The notes beneath the pieces are model-generated. The model was given only the letters and a program-made list of their open reading frames with translations, was not told where the DNA came from and did no database searches. A stretch of 63,740 nucleotides of DNA, the filler included, from Octopus bimaculoides (taxonomy: Eukaryota): NCBI RefSeq assembly GCF_001194135.2. It is 6 parts of 5 records of this genome, joined end to end, with 100 filler letters (N's around TTAATTAATTAA, not from the genome) between each part and the next. Parts side by side here need not be neighbours in the genome. Positions count along the whole stretch, not along the records: positions 57,068 to 62,260 come from NW_026352204.1; positions 62,361 to 63,740 come from NW_026358628.1; 4 more parts are not named here. One strand, given 5' to 3'. The number at the start of each line of letters is the position of its first letter. Position 1 is the stretch's first letter. This document shows positions 60,922 through 63,740 of this stretch, one piece after another. Both the position numbers and the translations under genes were made by a program.

Positions 60922-62399
60922 NNNNNNNNNNNNNNNNNNNNNNNNNNNNNNNNNNNNNNNNNNNNNNNNNNNNNNNNNNNNNNNNNNNNNNNNNNNNNNN
61001 NNNNNNNNNNNNNNNNNNNNNNNNNNNNNNNNNNNNNNNNNNNNNNNNNNNNNNNNNNNNNNNNNNNNNNNNNNNNNNNNNNNNNNNNNNNNNNNNNNNN
61101 NNNNNNNNNNNNNNNNNNNNNNNNNNNNNNNNNNNNNNNNNNNNNNNNNNNNNNNNNNNNNNNNNNNNNNNNNNNNNNNNNNNNNNNNNNNNNNNNNNNN
61201 NNNNNNNNNNNNNNNNNNNNNNNNNNNNNNNNNNNNNNNNNNNNNNNNNNNNNNNNNNNNNNNNNNNNNNNNNNNNNNNNNNNNNNNNNNNNNNNNNNNN
61301 NNNNNNNNNNNNNNNNNNNNNNNNNNNNNNNNNNNNNNNNNNNNNNNNNNNNNNNNNNNNNNNNNNNNTTGTAAGCCTAGTACGTATTCTATTGGTCTCT
61401 TTCGCCGAACCGGTTGTCAAGTAACCAGTTGAGCATGTCCCTTAGTGGCTGACGATATGTGCATCTCTGATCATGAGCAGAAGTAGTGGGGGACCATCAT
61501 AGCCATGTGTTGAGAGGAATTCTTTGGGGGTTTGAATAATTCAACTTTGGAAATATGGGCTTTTTTGTTCAACATCCTTAAACAAACCTCATTCAGGGAC
61601 TTTTTGAGCGGGATGGGCTACTCAACCTGAAGAAAATTCTAACTGGGCCCCACCTGCGAGGTCATGCGCTGTTTATCTTGATATGAGATCACCATGTCGC
61701 ATACACATGCTTGTGATGCATGTGCCTGGAGTACCCTTATCAGGCGGGTAGTCATGATGGGTATATTGGGCTTCGTACTGGTGAGCCATTTAAGTGGGCT
61801 GTCTGATTTTGGTAGGGCGTTCATTCCACAAAGCTTTGACTGGGATTGGAGATACTAATATAACAAAGAGGAACGCTATAGATTCCATCACCTAGACTGC
61901 AGAGAGGGCCACTAGGAGGGTTTGGATAGAGGGCAGACTGGTAGGGATTTGACCAACCCCAGTAGGATCAACTGGGGCGATGGGGTCTGATGTAGAAAGA
62001 CCCGAAACCTCCTGAGACCGCAGAAACACCCACTGGCGATGCATCGCAGAGGACGCGCAATTTGGGAATCGATCAACTCCGTCTGAGTCAAATGGGTGAG
62101 AGGATCTGACGTTGAAGGAAACGAAACCACATAAGGCCCAAGAAATTTCGCTGATGATGTACCCCATAGCATCCGCGGTATGTATCTTCGAGCAAAATTT
62201 ATGGATAAAGTTTTGAAAGAGGATAATAGTAATCGGAATCGAATGTATCGATTTTGCATTNNNNNNNNNNNNNNNNNNNNNNNNNNNNNNNNNNNNNNNN
62301 NNNNTTAATTAATTAANNNNNNNNNNNNNNNNNNNNNNNNNNNNNNNNNNNNNNNNNNNNTTTAAAGAAAATATTCACTAATTATATCTTATTACTATC

Positions 62400-62830
62400 G
62401 TGTTTCAGTTATTTCAGTTATTTGACTGCGACCATGAATGGTTTTCGTCGAAGAATATCAAGGCCGGGCCCCTATTTTTCTTTTTAAAGCATAGTACTTA
62501 TTCTGTCGTTTCCTTTTGCTGAACCGCTAGCTGACGATGGCGTAAACACACCAATACCGGTTGTCTAGCGCTGGTGGACGACAAACACAAAGAGACACAC
62601 AGATAGATATATACATATATACTGTGGGCTTCTTTCAGTTTCCGGAGGATGAACACAGACGCAAAGAGACACATAGGTAAATATATACATATATACGATG
62701 GGCTTCTTTCAGTTTCCATCTACCAAATCCACTCAGAAGTCTTTGAACATTCCAGAGCTTTAGCAGAAAATACTTGCCCTATTTGGGCAGTTGGGAAGCA
62801 ATCTTCTTACTTCACAGCCACGCATGCGTC
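62400..62830 (-). mobile_element. SINE family A, diverged, with an internal partial duplication
   Basis: gggcttctttcagtttcc occurs twice (~62626, ~62700); tail and head align to family A. Confidence 0.75.
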
Positions 62831-62971
62831 TGGTTATTTTATACAGTCAATATACAATGTATGCTTATAATTCAATTTACAATATATATATATATATATA
62901 TATAGATANNNNNNNNNNAATATACAATGTATGCTTATAATTCAATTTACAATATATATATATATATATAT

Positions 62972-63034
<63 letters not shown>

Positions 63035-63094
63035 CTCAAACACATATATACATGCATACATACATACAAATATACATACATAGTCATGCCTGTG

Positions 63095-63158
<64 letters not shown>

Positions 63159-63589
63159 AATGTGCGCGCGCTTATCTGAAATCTAGTTTTGAATTAATTT
63201 TTATATAAATTTCAAAACGCAATATATATAATACCGGGGCACATAATTAGTTATTTATCAACGGAATTACTTTATGTATCACTGGATCAGACGACCTCGT
63301 CATTTTATAAAGTTGCGGCAATTAAATATATATATTATTATTTGATCCCAGATAGCATCTTCGGAAATTTACTATTTAAAATAAATTGAAGTATTACGTT
63401 GAAGAAGTAGGTGATGAAAAAGACTAGTAGCAATAACTTGAAGATGGTGTAGCATAAATAAAAAAAAAAAACATGAGAAAACACAACCAGAAGGAAAAGA
63501 AAATAATGATTGTATAAGAACTTACTCTTTGTCTAGACAAGATACCATTAATGCCTCAAATATTGTATTGAATTACATATATACATGCA

Positions 63590-63625
<36 letters not shown>

Positions 63626-63740
63626 GCTATGCGAGTGTGTGTGTATGTACATATATATATATATATCTATATACATATATACATATATGCACATACACAC
63701 ACATACATATATATACGTACTCGCACCTATGTGTTCGTTC

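Noticed and set aside
62848-62975. Exact ~60-bp duplication around a 10-N gap (also the ~140-bp duplicate before the gap at 45047)
   Set aside because: Probable assembly artefact.

Overview
Eukaryotic, AT-rich, microsatellite-saturated, gappy draft-assembly DNA. Inferred to be coleoid cephalopod, probably Octopus, from its tRNA-derived SINE families, RTE tails ending in (GAT)n and extreme (CA)n/(TA)n content; the species cannot be confirmed from sequence alone. No complete protein-coding gene can be supported. The long ORFs in the track are N-run or microsatellite artefacts, and every confidently translatable segment is a decayed transposon. DNA transposons: a full-length Tc1 (DD34E), a DD37D/maT element, a mariner, a possible pogo remnant and several MITEs. 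Retroelements: RTE, R4/Dong-like REL, L1/Tx1 and Penelope-like (PLE) elements, plus several dozen SINE copies or fragments. Most notable observations: (1) two PLE insertions with 12-bp TSDs that both start AGAT, one being a perfect 78-bp-arm palindrome folded at a hammerhead stem II; (2) several minimal hammerhead-like motifs sharing one architecture; (3) a perfect heat-shock element 7 bp upstream of a TATA box on the minus strand at ~3.6 kb; (4) an apparently CpG-depleted ~34.5-56 kb domain with candidate small exons, including a signal-peptide-like exon, suggesting an unidentified host gene; (5) SINEs built from swapped modules. Coordinates of decayed repeats are approximate.
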